Part shown: positions 23,489 to 36,796 of the stretch, one piece after another | How positions within the stretch are numbered: the first letter of the stretch is position 1 | How the letters are laid out: each line of letters begins with the position of its first letter | Source of the DNA: Fimicolochytrium jonesii | Taxonomy: Eukaryota | Direction: 5' to 3' | Length of the DNA: 64,000 nt | Assembly (NCBI RefSeq): GCF_025526975.1 | Contig: NW_026515668.1 | Span: 558,001 to 622,000 of the forward strand | Position numbers and translations under genes: made by a program | The notes under the pieces: model-generated | The model's database searches: none | The model's input: the letters and a program-made list of their open reading frames with translations, nothing else | What the model was told of the DNA's origin: nothing

Positions 23489-24579
23489 ATGTCGATCGAG
23501 ATAAAGAAAACCTCTAACGGGGTGCTCCCCGATGAGATCCTGCAGGAGCTGCTGTCAACAGGTATGTTTCCAGGCTGAAGTTCACTCAGCGATATTCTGT
23601 TGGTGCCATGCGAGAGAATTGCCTAACTCACGTTTCACTGTGCGAATTGAACAGGTCGCTTGTCAACGGAGCTCGAGAAGGAGCTGTTTAGGCTTGCGAC
23701 AGAAGGTGTAGTATCGCTTCCTTTGCGATTTGTGCACCTTCGGTTTGATACTCGACTCGTGCACCTCCCAACTCTAAAATTCCCGCTTCTCACTTTTGCA
23801 GCGAAAAACTGCTCGTACAGCCCATACAGCAAGTTCCGTGTCGGTGCCGCTGTGATCGCCAAGTCCGGAAATGTCTACCTCGGTAGGTACCTCCTTCTGT
23901 GGTCAGTTCACGTTGTCCGATTCTCATCATCTTCCTTCTGTCATTTTCTCCCCAGGTGGGAACGTGGAGAGTGCGTCCTACGGAGCGACCCGATGCGCAG
24001 AGCAAACAGCATTCCAGAAGGCCGTGGTATGTGGGATATCAGGCTCAAAATCTGCAGTCCTCCAGCAACACGGACAAAGGATGCCAAAAAGGAATGGGCA
24101 AGTGAGGCAGGGCAGATTATCTCACACGAAGATTCCAACCCACAGAGCGAAGGAGAAAGACGGTTCTTGGTCGTCGGAGTCGCCACGTAAGTTAGCGCTA
24201 AGGCACGAGTCGCCACATCACTTCTAGAATCACCATGAGTTGACCTTCTATTCCAGTGATACCGACGCTTTCATATCACCTTGCGGCATCTGTCGCCAGT
24301 TCATGGTGGAATGGGGAAAGAGTCTGATGGTGAGTGTAAAGCAAGGGAGAATGTCAAGGGAAGGATGGATCAGTATAGGCCATTATAGGAGCGGCCGGAA
24401 CAGCACAGCGCAACCGTATCTGGCGTTGAAACCAATGAATATCAACTCAAATCTTTGTGTACCTCATCCACCAGGTTTACAACTTCAAACCAGACGGAAC
24501 CTTCCGCAAGTACAAGCTTAGTGAATTACTACCCGATAGCTTCGGACCGGACGATCTGGAAAGGCCGCGGGGCGAATAG
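23489..24579 (+). CDS. CDD1: Cytidine deaminase (homotetrameric type), multi-exon
   Basis: YSPYSKFRVGAAV, GGNVESASYGATRCAEQTAFQKAV, ISPCGICRQFMVEW and LSELLPDSFGPDDL. Confidence 0.93.
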
Positions 24580-25006
24580 ATGAGGGAGTCCCTTTCCTAG
24601 CTTTCTCGTCTAGAGTCTACCATAGACGATGGCTTACCCAAACTTGCTGCCTCACTCACGCCCTGGCACTCTGTGTGAGTCCATCGATGGCTTTAGTGAA
24701 GAAGACATGGATTATTCCTAGACATCATCAAAGGCAGACATTCACTAGATGTAGAGAATAGAGCATTTACCCCGATTCTCGCCAGCTTGTTCGACGGTTC
24801 CCCCATCGTAGTCTTCACTCTATGACGGTTCAACAGATGCAGGAGTTTATTGAAATTGAAAAAAGTGGCAAAAACGGATGGACTACTAAATAAACAAAAA
24901 TATACGATGTATGGATTCCGCCCCACGTACACACCGACAACAAATATAGCCCTATCACCCGGCGAGCTTGTGCTCTCACAGGAAAATTATCGTTGAGGCT
25001 TTTCCA

Positions 25007-28000
25007 TCAAAAAGCAGGCGCCACGTCTCTCGCTGGTCGAGGACGTTCTGAGTAAGACGACGCAACACTCCCCATCCGAGAATGCCCTCTCGACTCGGGC
25101 AGTTTCTGCTCGTAAGCGGAAAGCTGCTGCTTTGGGATGGTACTCGAGGATGCATCGATTTCAGCTTCATAGACACCCAAAGGTTCCACCTCATCGTCGG
25201 TGGGAAAGTCCTCGAGCACTATGTCCGCCGATGCATCAACATTGGCTTCGTCGACTTTCACGGATGCCGCACCATCGTCCTCATCGTCGGTTGGGAAGTC
25301 TTCGAGCACAATGTCCGCTGATGCCGAAAGGCTTTCGGGCATCCGTTCATCACCCTTCACCGCCTTGTTGTTGGCATCTCCAGGATTCGGCGATCGCGAA
25401 GGGCTCCGCGCACCGGACCCCACCGACACATTCCTGGACGGCACTTTGAGCGAAGCGTTCTCCGATGTCCGAGATACATTCCGCGATGCGATGGAATCGA
25501 GCCTTGGCGGGGGCATTGGTTCCCTCACTCCAATATCCTCATCACTCGGCAACCCTTGCCCATTCGACCACCGGCTCGCATCCCCCAAATCCCCATTTGA
25601 CTGCGGTGCATCCACCTCCGTGTCCAGCGCGGCCCCGACGTTCTGCAGCCAGTCCGACACGCTCCCGAGGTTCAAGCCGGTGCCCAGTGACAACCGTAAC
25701 AAATACTTGCTCTGTTCCGGGCTCTGCACCGCTGATCCGGCCAACTCTTCAGACGAGTTGAAGGCCCCGCTGGACTTCAGCGACGCCATGTAGTCTTCGT
25801 AGATGGTGATGACGCGGAAGAGGCGGCCGTAGACGCCCTGGAGGTCCTCCTGCTCGCCTTCGTCGACTAGCTGCTCTTCGTCGGCGGCGCGCATGAGGAC
25901 TAGATTCTGCGCGTGGAGTTGTTGGAGGGCTGTGCGGACTTCTTTGAGGGATTGGATGGAAAGATGAAGTTGTTCGTAGTGGTCGATTACTGCTGTGACT
26001 TCTTGGATACGTTCGTCGAACATTTCTCTATTTTCGGAACGGCCTGTCAGTACAGGAAGTGTCTTACTGAATCGATTAGTGGTTGAGCAATCGTACCTGC
26101 GCTGCTCATCTGAAAGGAAGCCCAAAGCGACAACCTCTCCGCCACCAACTTTCTGGAAATGCCGCCATTTGGTCTTCATCCACTTGGAGAAGTCCTGCTT
26201 CCGTTTCTAGTTTTTACCCGATGGTGAGACAATTGGGAACCACGCAAAACACTTTCCACTCGACAATCACCAAGCTCACCAGGTTATTCGCTAATCGCGC
26301 CCTTTGCACCAGATCATTCGTCATATGGCGCATCATCCTATGATCCTCGGGTGTGATGAGCGGCTGCACGGCTCGAATCGGCTGCAAAAGTCTCGGATCC
26401 AGTTGCATTGGCATCGTCTGATTCGTGAAAGAGTGATCTGGAAGAAAGAGACTCAGCTCAGGACGTTTGCACAGGTACACTGAACGCGATCGCCGAGTTT
26501 TACCTCCATTCTCAAGTCCCTTTGGCTCGAGACAGGCCACGGTGGATTTCACTTCGTAAGCGCTTTCACGTAAGAAGGGTGTCGACTCTTTCCCGATCCG
26601 TAGCTTTGATCGATTCTTCTTCTCTTTGATGCACTCGTCGAAGAAGAGAACCTCGTAATCGCTCTCGGGCCGTTCGACGCGGTCCAAGATGAATTGGGCG
26701 AATGCTTGTGTTTCCGAGAATTGGATCATAAATGGCTGCATGTGATGGACGTCATGAGCTTCGGAGTACGTTGACCAAGCAAACGAGAGGCACATACCCG
26801 GGTCTCCTTATCAGTGGCCGCCATGAAATCCTCCTTCTTGAACCATTCCTGACCCAGCTCATCCACATCCAATTGTTCAAATTCCCCCGGCTCCAGATCA
26901 TCTCCGTGACCTCGGGTAATCACCCGAAGCTGCTCGGCGGTCGCGACGTGTTGACGGTAATGGCGTAGGAGGGAGGTGAAGAGCTTGAGGAAGGCGAGCT
27001 GGATTTTGTGTTCGTCGAAGTGCGCGGGACATGGGTGTGCTTCGGATAGTGGCAAACAGGCGGGATGGATTCGGGATTGACACACTGGAAAGTGATGTTA
27101 GATTCTCGTCCTCAACCGGGAAGGCAGACTCGTCAGATCTCACTCACCGTCGCATTGCATAATCGTAGAGTTTTCGCCGTCTCCCAACTCTTCCTTGCAG
27201 AGCGAGCAGGTCGCGCCAACCTCCAAGCTAATGACAGGACTAGCAGCAGTAGATACTGTAGAGTGTCTTCTCCGGCCGAAAGTGCCTCCTTCGGCGCTCG
27301 CATCCGGCGTCCTTGACGGACTGGCTGTATCGCCAACCGGCCCATCAAACCTTCGTGCGCGATTCACTCCCTTCTTCAGCGAGAACACCCGAGGAAGTCT
27401 GCGAATTTCCGCCGCATTCCTCGAGGCTGTGGACACCCTAACGACAGGCACATCTCCACCCGCCTGGCCCTCAAACCGGTCATCATCCCCGCCATGCTCC
27501 ATCCCCAACCGAGACTGCGAACTATCCGCGCTTCTTCTCCCTCCACTCGTTTCCGACCGCATATCCTCGCCGCTACCCGGGCTCCACGGACTCCGCACTG
27601 ACAGCGTGTAAAACGCATGTCCTTCTTTTCTCCGCAATGGGACGCCCTGCATCCCGCTGCCTTCTTCTGGCAGACCGTACATGTTGCCGCCGTATTGGGA
27701 GTAGTTGCTGAAGGCGGTGGAGGTGGTGATGGAGGATGATGTGGTGGATGCGCCTGATATGGAGTTGCGATGGTTGGAGTTTGTGATGTTGAGATTGGAA
27801 GGTCGAGCACCGTGGGAGTTGGAAAGTGTGCTGAACTTTGAGGAGAGACTTGTGGTGGAACCGGAAGGCCTCATGGACTGCGAAATTGTATTAAAAACTT
27901 AGGGAATGCCATAGAAAAGAAAAATATCCAAAGCATTGCAGACCTTTTCCTCCAGCTTACTCGACGCTCGACTCGACTTGAACACGTTCCGTAACCGAGG

Positions 28001-30584
28001 AGTGAACCCCGGCTCGGACGAACTTGACCCTCCTGGCTTCTCCAAGCTCCCATACGATCCAGGGGCACCCTGTTTCTGATCCGAATGAATCCAGCATTTA
28101 GGTTCCATATCACAACCTGTCCCTGCAAACAACGCTTGACCCACCTCACTTGCGCCCGAGCGATTAGTGCTTGTCAAACTTCCCTCCTCGTCAATCGACT
28201 GTCGCCTGTTATCTTTCCCAAGTCCCCACCACGTACTCTGCGTCGTTGTCTCTGTAGTCGCAGTAGAGGAACCGCTTGATACGCTCGCGTTCTCGGCCGC
28301 ACCTGAGGCTGGGGTGACCTGATTGGTCGAAAACGTCTTGTTCAGTCGATCCAACCATGCCGAGCCCATCCCGGACGGACTCGTCGGCAACGACCGTCTC
28401 TTTGCTGACGCTGATTCAGGCGTCTCGAGATGCGTGTTGTGCTGTCTTGCAAAACGGCTTCGGGGTGTTTTCAGCGGCGCCGTCGCACGTGTGGACTCGC
28501 AGGATCTTGGGGGATGTTTGTTGAGTGGCAGAGCGTACTGCGAGGTCATGGGGACGCCTTTGTCGAGGCGGCTGTTTACACGGTCTGGAGTTGGCAGACC
28601 TGGCCCTGGTCGACCAGGACTGGGAAATGGGATGTACCGTCCGGTGGCTTTCTCTAACCGCGTGACGAGCTTCTTTCGTTCTTTGGTGGGAAGGGTGAAT
28701 GGAGGCGCACCTATCTCTATCGTATCGTTATCCAAGTCAACGACGTTAACCTGTCGACAGAAAGGGGGGTGAGAAGAAAGCCACGGATTCAAAGCGGGAA
28801 AATGTCTTACATCTGGCGGCTTCCATTCATCCTGCATATCCGAAGTAAAGTACTCTCTCTGCACTCCGATGATATACGGCATAGGCGCCTGCAGGTAGCT
28901 CATAAGCCGCGCCGGCAGCACGGGAATCAGGATATGTTGCCACGAAAGAGGAAAGAAGAAGAGGCAGAGCGACTCGGACGCCAATGTGAGCATGGACAGG
29001 TGGGAGGAGAGGAAGATAATCTTTTGCTCGGAAAGCGCGATCTCGAAGAGGGTCACAATATTTGCAATGGAAAGGGTGCGGAAAAGCGGATATAGCGAAA
29101 ACTGGAATGGTCTCATGTTTAGCAATCCGAAAATTGAACGGCATGACGCTGGCATAGAACGCCCTTACATTTTTGAGAAGAGATATGGTATTCACAGGTG
29201 GTCTCGAACAATATAGAGTCAGCTGACCGACATGAAGGCTGATTTCCAGTTTCCCTGGCGGCGGGAGCGGTATTTCGTGGATAAGATTGATCACAAACCT
29301 GAGACCGAGGTGTTAGCATCCAGCTAATGGATCCAATGAGCAAGGATTTGACCTACCTCTCGAGCGGCGCGATCACCTTGTTCTGTGGACACTCGTCATA
29401 ATCTCCGCGCATAACACGTACAACCTCACACAGCCAATCCTTTAGAAAGTCATGCCATGGCCAATGACTCAATACTCCAATGCTCCTCGGGACGTAGACG
29501 TTCTCCACATCGACCAGGAGACTGGTGAGCGGCGCCAGCAAGTCCCTGTAGAGCTTGACCTTCTCTTCCACGTCTTGCAAGGTGTTGGCAGTGGCGAGGG
29601 CTGGGGATCCGCTGGTGATGGAGGATTTGCGTGATTCAGCCTCACGAATACCTAAGCTGTGAGGGTCGGAGATACCCATTCGGGCGTGGAGGAGAGCTTC
29701 CTGCTTTGCGGCTAGTTGGGAACGAATGTGCTGGATGTACTCGAGATCGGTTGATCCCTGTTTTCAGCCGCATGAGCCATCTTTCGCAAACGACGACGCA
29801 GGAATGACCGGCCTACCAGAGCGCTGCTCCTCATGTCCTGAGCGATGCTCTCGATCTCGGCCGCATGATTCGAGTGGAGCCGCTCGTACGTGGTCACCGT
29901 CACGCCATACAGCTTTTGCCCGGTTTCCTCCGTGATAACCTGCATTGGAACGTCTCTTGAGCTGAAAAGTTCCAGTTGAAAGACCTCGGATGATGTCCGC
30001 GGAAAAGTCACATACGAATGAATGATACGTCTCTGGTGGGGCGCCGTTGTCATCATGACAAAGGTGTATGTTGTCCGGAAAACAAAACTGGAATGCACAG
30101 AGTGGATGAGAACGGTACAAAAGAGTCAAATAGGCGAAGAGGTACACAATCGTAAGAGCCTACCATGGACACGAACGCAGGGAATTTCTCCTTCTCCGAG
30201 TAGTCTGTACTCGGGTATCTGCAGAGCACTTCTGGTCCGAACCTCCAATCCAGTGGATGTGTCCGCTTGTTCAACTTTGCTGATGCAGAGAGAGCCTGTC
30301 AGCATTTCTGACTTTGTATAAAACGTGCTAAAACTATGGCGCTCGGCCAACTGACCTTCCGGCAAAAGCATCGGCGATGCCGCATCCGATAACGGTGAGG
30401 CGGTGCGCTCCTGGAATTCATCTGCGGATTGTCTATTCCTATCCCCAGCCATTGACCCATCTTCAAGAACTCGACGATCGACCAACTTTGTCGTAGGGTT
30501 GAGACCACACTGGAAAAAGAAGTCTGCAAACCGCACAGGTGTCTGAAGCTGCACAGGCATAGCAGCCGACGATGGCGATGCCAT
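25007..30584 (-). CDS. DENN-domain Rab GEF with C1 zinc finger, multi-exon
   Basis: uDENN: FADFFFQCG, PEVLCRYPSTDY, FCFPD, ITEETGQKLYG. DENN: YVPRSIGVLSHWPW, EIPLPPPG, ALSEQKIIFLS, WQHILIPVLP, APMPYIIGV. C1: CSLC...CD|VCQSRIHPAC...C. dDENN: FLKLFTSLLRHYR, FSETQAFAQFI. Confidence 0.9.
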
Positions 30585-32557
30585 CGTGACTGTATTGTTT
30601 CTCTGGAAAGTCTATATGATGGAAGACTGGAAAAAACTTGGCAGACCAGCCATTTTCCTCTTAGGTGTTTTCATATAGCACGGATCGAGAGTGTATTTCT
30701 AGCCTAAATTTGAAGACGGAATTTGCAATATAAAGTGCACCGACAACCTTACGCGCGCGCGTGGTGACACATCACTTTGACCATCACTTTGATCAACTGC
30801 GCCACTTCAAACCATGTCACCGAGGAATGTGGCGGAGGGAATATGGGTGGATAGTACAGTATCGCCATTGAGGAAAGATATGCCACTTGGACGTCTCCAG
30901 TAAAAAAGACCGAACCCGGCAGCAAACACGGAGATTAGGACATCAGCGAAGCTGTTAGAGACCGAATCCTGCGTGTGCTCTTAGCGCCTCGATTTTTTGG
31001 ATGCATCTCAGCGTCGGTGGATTGTGGTCCCACAGATTCACTGCTTTTGAGGGGTCTCAAGCCCAACGACAACACGGCAGGGGTATATCTATTTACCGTC
31101 GATTTACGGCAGTACATACATTGGTTACTCCGTCCGCCTCGTTGCCACTCGATGCTTGACGCAGCATATGTGCAGCCTATCGGAATGTATACAGCAAGAT
31201 GCGGGCTTATAAGGCCATCGAAACCGACAGTGTATTGGAGTGTTGGGTTGTAGCAGTTGCTGGAGACCGTTGTTGCGACACTGGCCCGTGCCTATACGAA
31301 AGAAGACATGGATGGGACTATGGCCTCCGTGGGATTTAGAGAAATGGATAGATGACGAGGTGAGATTATTTCACATGACCATCTTTTCTCATTGAGCTAA
31401 CGCAGATATCTCACCACTCTCGCGGAGGGCTTTGATTGAGAACTGCTATCCACTTGGAAACGCTGTACTCGTGCCCTCGACACTGTATATGTAATGCTTG
31501 AATCTTTAGTTGAATCTACGTGTCCCGCATTTTACCTGAGCGCGGAGTTTGAGGCACGGGCATTGGTCTTATAGTCGTCCAGGCGTCCGCAGCCGTTTCT
31601 ATAAATGCTAAGACATCGACAGACCACAAACTGGACGGACCCGATCGCATTTACAAGCTGCTTTGCGAGCGCGATGCATCTAGCAAACGTCCGACTTTGG
31701 GCCTTGACTTCCTGAACGGGAGTTCGCCAGTGCGGACGAAGGTTCGTTGGTTGCAGCACATCAGATATGCGATCCTCTTTGCATCCGCAGGGTGGATTTG
31801 CAGATATGAACCCGACCTGTCGCATATCCTGGACGGAAAACCAACATATGGAGTAGCGAGGCTGAGGAGTTGACGCGTAATAATGAGTCAGTGACGGCCT
31901 GTGTAACCTGACCGCTTTGGCTTGGCTTAACTCTGCGCAGCAACTTTTGCAGATCATCGACCTCCGTCAAAAGCCTCCTTCTTGGCGACGGGCGCACACT
32001 TGGCCCCCGATATCTTGTCTCGCAGGTCGGCGACTCTGCGGCGTCGCTCAATTGTTGGTGCGTATGTAGTATGGCGCAGAACAGGGGGAGGAGGGTATAA
32101 AAGCTGAAAGCTAGGAAATAAATCCCATGCGCACTCGCTTGCGATATCTTATTTCATCAGCCTCCCATTTTTCGTCTGCGCGAGGAGTAGATTGGATTTG
32201 CGGAGAGTTCATCGTCCTTCTCCTGTGCTTTCCTTCCATCAGCGAGGGCACATATCCGTCTCCTTTGCGGCTCTCAACTCAAAACGGGTAAAGCCAACGG
32301 TAAGGCGAGGATTGCAGGCTGCATGTGCAGCGGGTACCAGAGCGGGTACCGCGTGTGCGGCTTCCCAAATCATTGACACAACTGAAACTGCGTATAAAGA
32401 GCCTCCACCCGATCCTAATTTCCCAACCCCACTCACAGCACCTTTATCGGCATCGAACGACTCCACTCCCTAAGTGCAGGTCCAAGTCTGCTGCCGTGGG
32501 TCTCAACCCTCGCATACACCGCTTGTACATACCACCACCTTCCGTGATCGAGCAGCG

Positions 32558-33830
32558 ATGCCCGGCAGCTCCTCGTCCACGATGTGGCGAAACGCCCTCC
32601 TGCTATGTACCCTCCTCGCAGTCTCGCTATCCTTCGTTCCAACCGCAGCAAGCTTCGCCGTCTCACTCAACTCGCCTCGTGTCTCCAGCCGGTTTGCGCC
32701 GTCCATCGAAGACGTGCGTCACCGCCTCGCCAGGCGCGCAGACGATTTGAACTGCATACCATGTGCGAGGCCGACGGCGGGGCCACCGGTGTGCATTCCT
32801 CTGCCTCCAGGCATGGGTCCCGGTATTCCGCCACCGAACCCGCGTCCGATCCCTACGGGAAGTGCGCCACCACCGTCGTCTTCGCCCGGCCCGACGACTG
32901 CGAAATCCATTAAGGCTGCTGCTGCTGCTGACGTGAATGGTACTGATATTCCGGATTCGGTTCTTGCCTTCAACAGTGAGTATCTGGCGTTACTATTTTT
33001 CACCTACCGTGGCTAATGATTGACGTCTTTCGCTTGCAGGCAAACTCCGAACCGTTAACGTTTACAACGCCATCGGGGCCATCATCTTAATCATTACCGG
33101 ATTACTGTTCATCTTCAGCGGTCATAAGCTATTCAAGCTGATCCTCTTCATCGCCGGTTTCTACACGGGATCCGTCCTCGCATTCATCATTCTCTCCCAA
33201 ATCGAAGCCAAAGGCCACTCCTTCGGCGACAGCCGCTCAATCATCTTCCTCGTAGTTGGCGTCGTCCTCGGTCTCATCGTCGGCTCGCTGTTCCAATGCG
33301 TGTGGAAGCTAGGCTTGATCGCCATCGGCGCCATCCTCGGCTTCACATTGGCCATGTTCGTCCTCTCACTGGCAAAGAACGGTCTCATCAGCCAAGGCAC
33401 CGGCCGCACGATCTTCATCATCGCCCTGACGATCATCGGCGGCGTGTTGGTACTGTTCTTCGAGAAGCCTATCCTTGTCCTCGGCACAAGCGTCGGCGGA
33501 GCGTTCGCCGTCATGTTTGGTGTAGACATCTTCACGAAAGTCGGGCTCGTCGAAGCTTCCCAGCAGTTCCTAGCCGGCAACGCGCTATATGAGCCTGATA
33601 AGTGGGTGTATGTCGAGCTCGCCGCTTGGGCCATCCTGGCTGTTGTCGGGATCATCGCTCAGTGGAATGGTCTGCGAGGAGGAAAGTCTCACCACAACAA
33701 CCACAAGGATGGCTTCGGCGGAGCGCGCAGCGTGGGTCCCGCAAAGCCCGTAAAGGCGAAAGGCACACCAGAGGAGAAGACTGGTCTTAGGGCTGAGTTT
33801 GAGAAGATCGTCGTAAAAGTGAGGAAGTGA
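32558..33830 (+). CDS. TMEM198/TM7S3-like (DUF4203) multi-pass membrane protein with signal peptide and Pro-rich N-terminus; intron ~32976-33039
   Basis: GAIILIITGLLFIFSGHKLFKLILFIAGF and ILVLGTSVGGAFAVMFGVDIF match the DUF4203 pattern; about 7 hydrophobic segments. Confidence 0.8.
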
Positions 33831-34162
33831 AACCAATGTCATAAATGCTGTAAATGCCCTCGTCAGCGTTGCGTAGGCCCTTCGCCATTTTGTATCTAGC
33901 CTTGTTTATGCATGGGTCATAGCCTTTTTCCCCCCAATCCTCCACATATACCGCTTCCCGGAAGCTTTTTTTCATCTGCCCTGGCATTTGTTAGCCGCAA
34001 TAAGATGAAAATTTCATTGATAGTCCGTGCTCAAATGTTCCGATTATGTGGAAGGTGCAATCCGTATATTATTGTGTACCGTCAGAAGAAACAAGCCAGA
34101 ATCACGAGAAAAAGAAACACCAAGATCCTACGTCGGGCATGTATCCCATCCATGTTCCTCCC

Positions 34163-35739
34163 CTAGTACGCCGTCGGATTCTTGGGCCATTCAACACCAA
34201 ACCGCCGGGTTGGCAATGCCTCCAAAAAATCAATCAATGCTTTCTTGCTCTCTGGCACGAAGTAGAAACTGGCGCCGCCCTCCGCCTCATATTGAGGTTG
34301 CGAGCCGGTGCGAAAGCTGGCGCCGCCTCCCAAGGCACCCTCAACCACCTTTTGCCATCTGAAGGCCCCATTCATCATTGTGGGGGGCGTGCTGACGGCC
34401 ACCCTGACATTATCAGGGTCGTAGCATCTTGTCATAGATTTTACTCCGCTCAGAAATTCAAGGGCAGCAACTGGACCCCCGCTTCGCAGGGCTTCAATGC
34501 TGTGGACCCGGACCACACCTGTTCTCGGGTACGCAGAAAGGCGCAAATGGCTGATGACGGCGAGGCCTGCTTCGACGGTGATGTTGGGCCCTGGCCGGTC
34601 ACCAGAGGAGTTAGGAGTGTCGTCGAAGGTGTCTGTGCAACCCTCAACGAGGAGGGCACCGTCGAGCGTGGCTCGCTTGTTGAGGTCGACACGGGGGGAA
34701 ACCGGCACGTCGATGCGTTTGTGGGGACTCGCCGAGCGAGGTCTTCCGGCGGGTCGTTCGGCAGGTCGTGCGGGCAGGTCGAGCTCCCGGGGGCGAGGAG
34801 GGGAGACGATGCGTTCGCGTGTGACTTTGACGGGTGAGGTACGCGACATCGGGGTGCTAGTGCGTTCGCGTTTGACCGGGGAGATGCCTCCAAGTTCCAT
34901 TTTAACAGGTGAGAGTCTCTTAATCGGGATGCCGCCGAGGCCTGCGAAGGCGCTCAAGGCCAGGCGGCTTATCTGAGGTTTACCGACAGCTAAAGCGACC
35001 GAGCGGGGTGCCTCTTGCAGGCGGGCTGGAGCCAAAGGCGGCCCGTAGGTCTTGTCGACAGGTTCAGCAGCTGGCGAAAGGCCCCTAGGAGGCGAAGCTT
35101 CTCTCAGCCTGTCGCGTTTAGACGACCTTGGGACAGCCTGAGTTACGGTGTACCTCGGCCCTGGGTCGTTGACGGGCCTGTAGCTGTCGACTTCGTGCCT
35201 GCCTGGTGGGTATCGATCGGATCCTCGGCGGCGGCGACTAGGTGAGCGGCTTGGCCGCCGATCGCTGCCACTACTCTTGGGTCTGTAACTATCCTCACGA
35301 CGCATAGGGGGCACCCACTGCGGCGCGTGGAAGGGATGGGGGCGTCGTTGTCGTAACTGTTCAGAGTATGGATCGAAACGAGCCGGCGTCGCAGAGCTTG
35401 GCCAGGCTTCTGAGCGAGAACTAAGGTGCCGAGGAAGGGTAACCAAAGTGAAGGTCGCTTCCTGCAGTTTTCCTGGCAAACAGCGAGGAAGTTTCACCTG
35501 TTCCTGTTCAAGTTCCCGCGGGGGTCCCTGTCAGCAAAAGTTGGGCAGAAGGGAATCCAAGCTTGCCTGTCCCAGCAATAATAGTGGGTTTCCGTTTCGT
35601 ACACAAGCCTACGCTCGTTTGCCATGACCTTTGCTGCGGGAAGCTTTGCGTTCAGAGAGTCAAAGCGGGTCTGAAGACACCGGCGCACAGCCTTTTGCAA
35701 ACGGGGGCCAGTTTGGATGGAGGGGATTGACGGGGACAA
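34163..35739 (-). CDS. Hypothetical protein with Arg/Ser/Pro-rich middle and a globular-looking C-terminus
   Basis: 444-codon ORF plus an upstream 81-codon ORF that is probably joined by splicing. Two DSYRP motifs and several SP motifs. No family recognised. Confidence 0.55.
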
Positions 35740-35958
35740 GTGACAGGCGATCCCTTCGTTATCCCCACAACTGTCACATCAATGGGAAAACAAGCTATCC
35801 ATATAAACTATGTAAGTCTCACGTGCCGTATTATTTTTGATTCGGATCTTCTCCCATTTCCGTGTTGGGAAACCTGGGGCAAAACCTGTAATCCCGCAAA
35901 CAACCCACGGCAACAACAGTGCAAAAAAATCATTGGAAAGGCAGAGAGAGATAGCACG

Positions 35959-36587
35959 ATGCCACATCCATTACTACGTAAGTGTCCGTCCTTCGGAAGG
36001 AATGAGCCCCGTCTGGAGGTTTACGTGGATGATTCGAGTCGAATTGCTCGTCCGTCGCCCATGTGCACCCGCTGGACAATCCCTTGCCTCATCACCCACT
36101 CACGAATGATGCTTCTCCAGCGGGCCAAAAGCTCTTCTTCCCAAATGTCGTCTTCCGCCTCCTCCGCTCCAACCTCCCCCCTCAGCAAGCCGTCTTCAGG
36201 TGTCCACCACATCTCAACAAAATCGATATCAAAAACATCCTCACAGACCTCTACGACCTGCGCATCACCGACGTGCGCACAATGAACTACCTCGGCAGGC
36301 TGCACAAGAACCGGAGGCGGGAGCAGGTCAGGGCCGCCGCTTATAAGAAGATTATCGTGACCATGGAGGACGATTTCGTGTTTCCGCCACCGCCAGAGAC
36401 AAAGGCGGGGCCAAACACACCGGGATCTCAAGCTGCTGAGATGCCGAAGCCGTCTGGGTTTGGGAGGAATTCGGCGAATACCAACAGGCATAAGATAGAA
36501 AAGGGGCGGCCGAAGGGTGTTGGGCCAAATGTGCAAGCATGGAAGGAGGAGCAGCAGCAGAAGAAGGAACAGGAGAAGGACGCATAA
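35959..36587 (+). CDS. MRPL23: Mitochondrial ribosomal protein uL23m; intron ~35978-36120
   Basis: MPHPLL|PGQKLFFPNVVFRLLR...AVFRCPPHLNKIDIKNILTDLYDLRITDVRTMNY...YKKIIVTMEDDFVFP. Confidence 0.88.
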
Positions 36588-36796
36588 TGGGTCCGGAATG
36601 GATGGTGTGGTGTGCTTGCAATCACCATTCGCTCATATCTAGCGGGGCATCTGCTAGATCATCGAGAAATGCGTTGCCTTTGTTTTGGGAACGATCGCGT
36701 GAAATGTATGTATTTACTGCATTGGTCCATAGATGGGCTGTACATGTATCTTATTGGGAATCACCCCGGGCGAGAAGAGGAGTGTCTAGAAATCTA

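Noticed and set aside
30800..32100. Short ORFs and an intron-like segment (gtgag at ~31360 to cag at ~31405)
   Set aside because: No coherent spliced reading frame or recognisable protein could be assembled; left unannotated.
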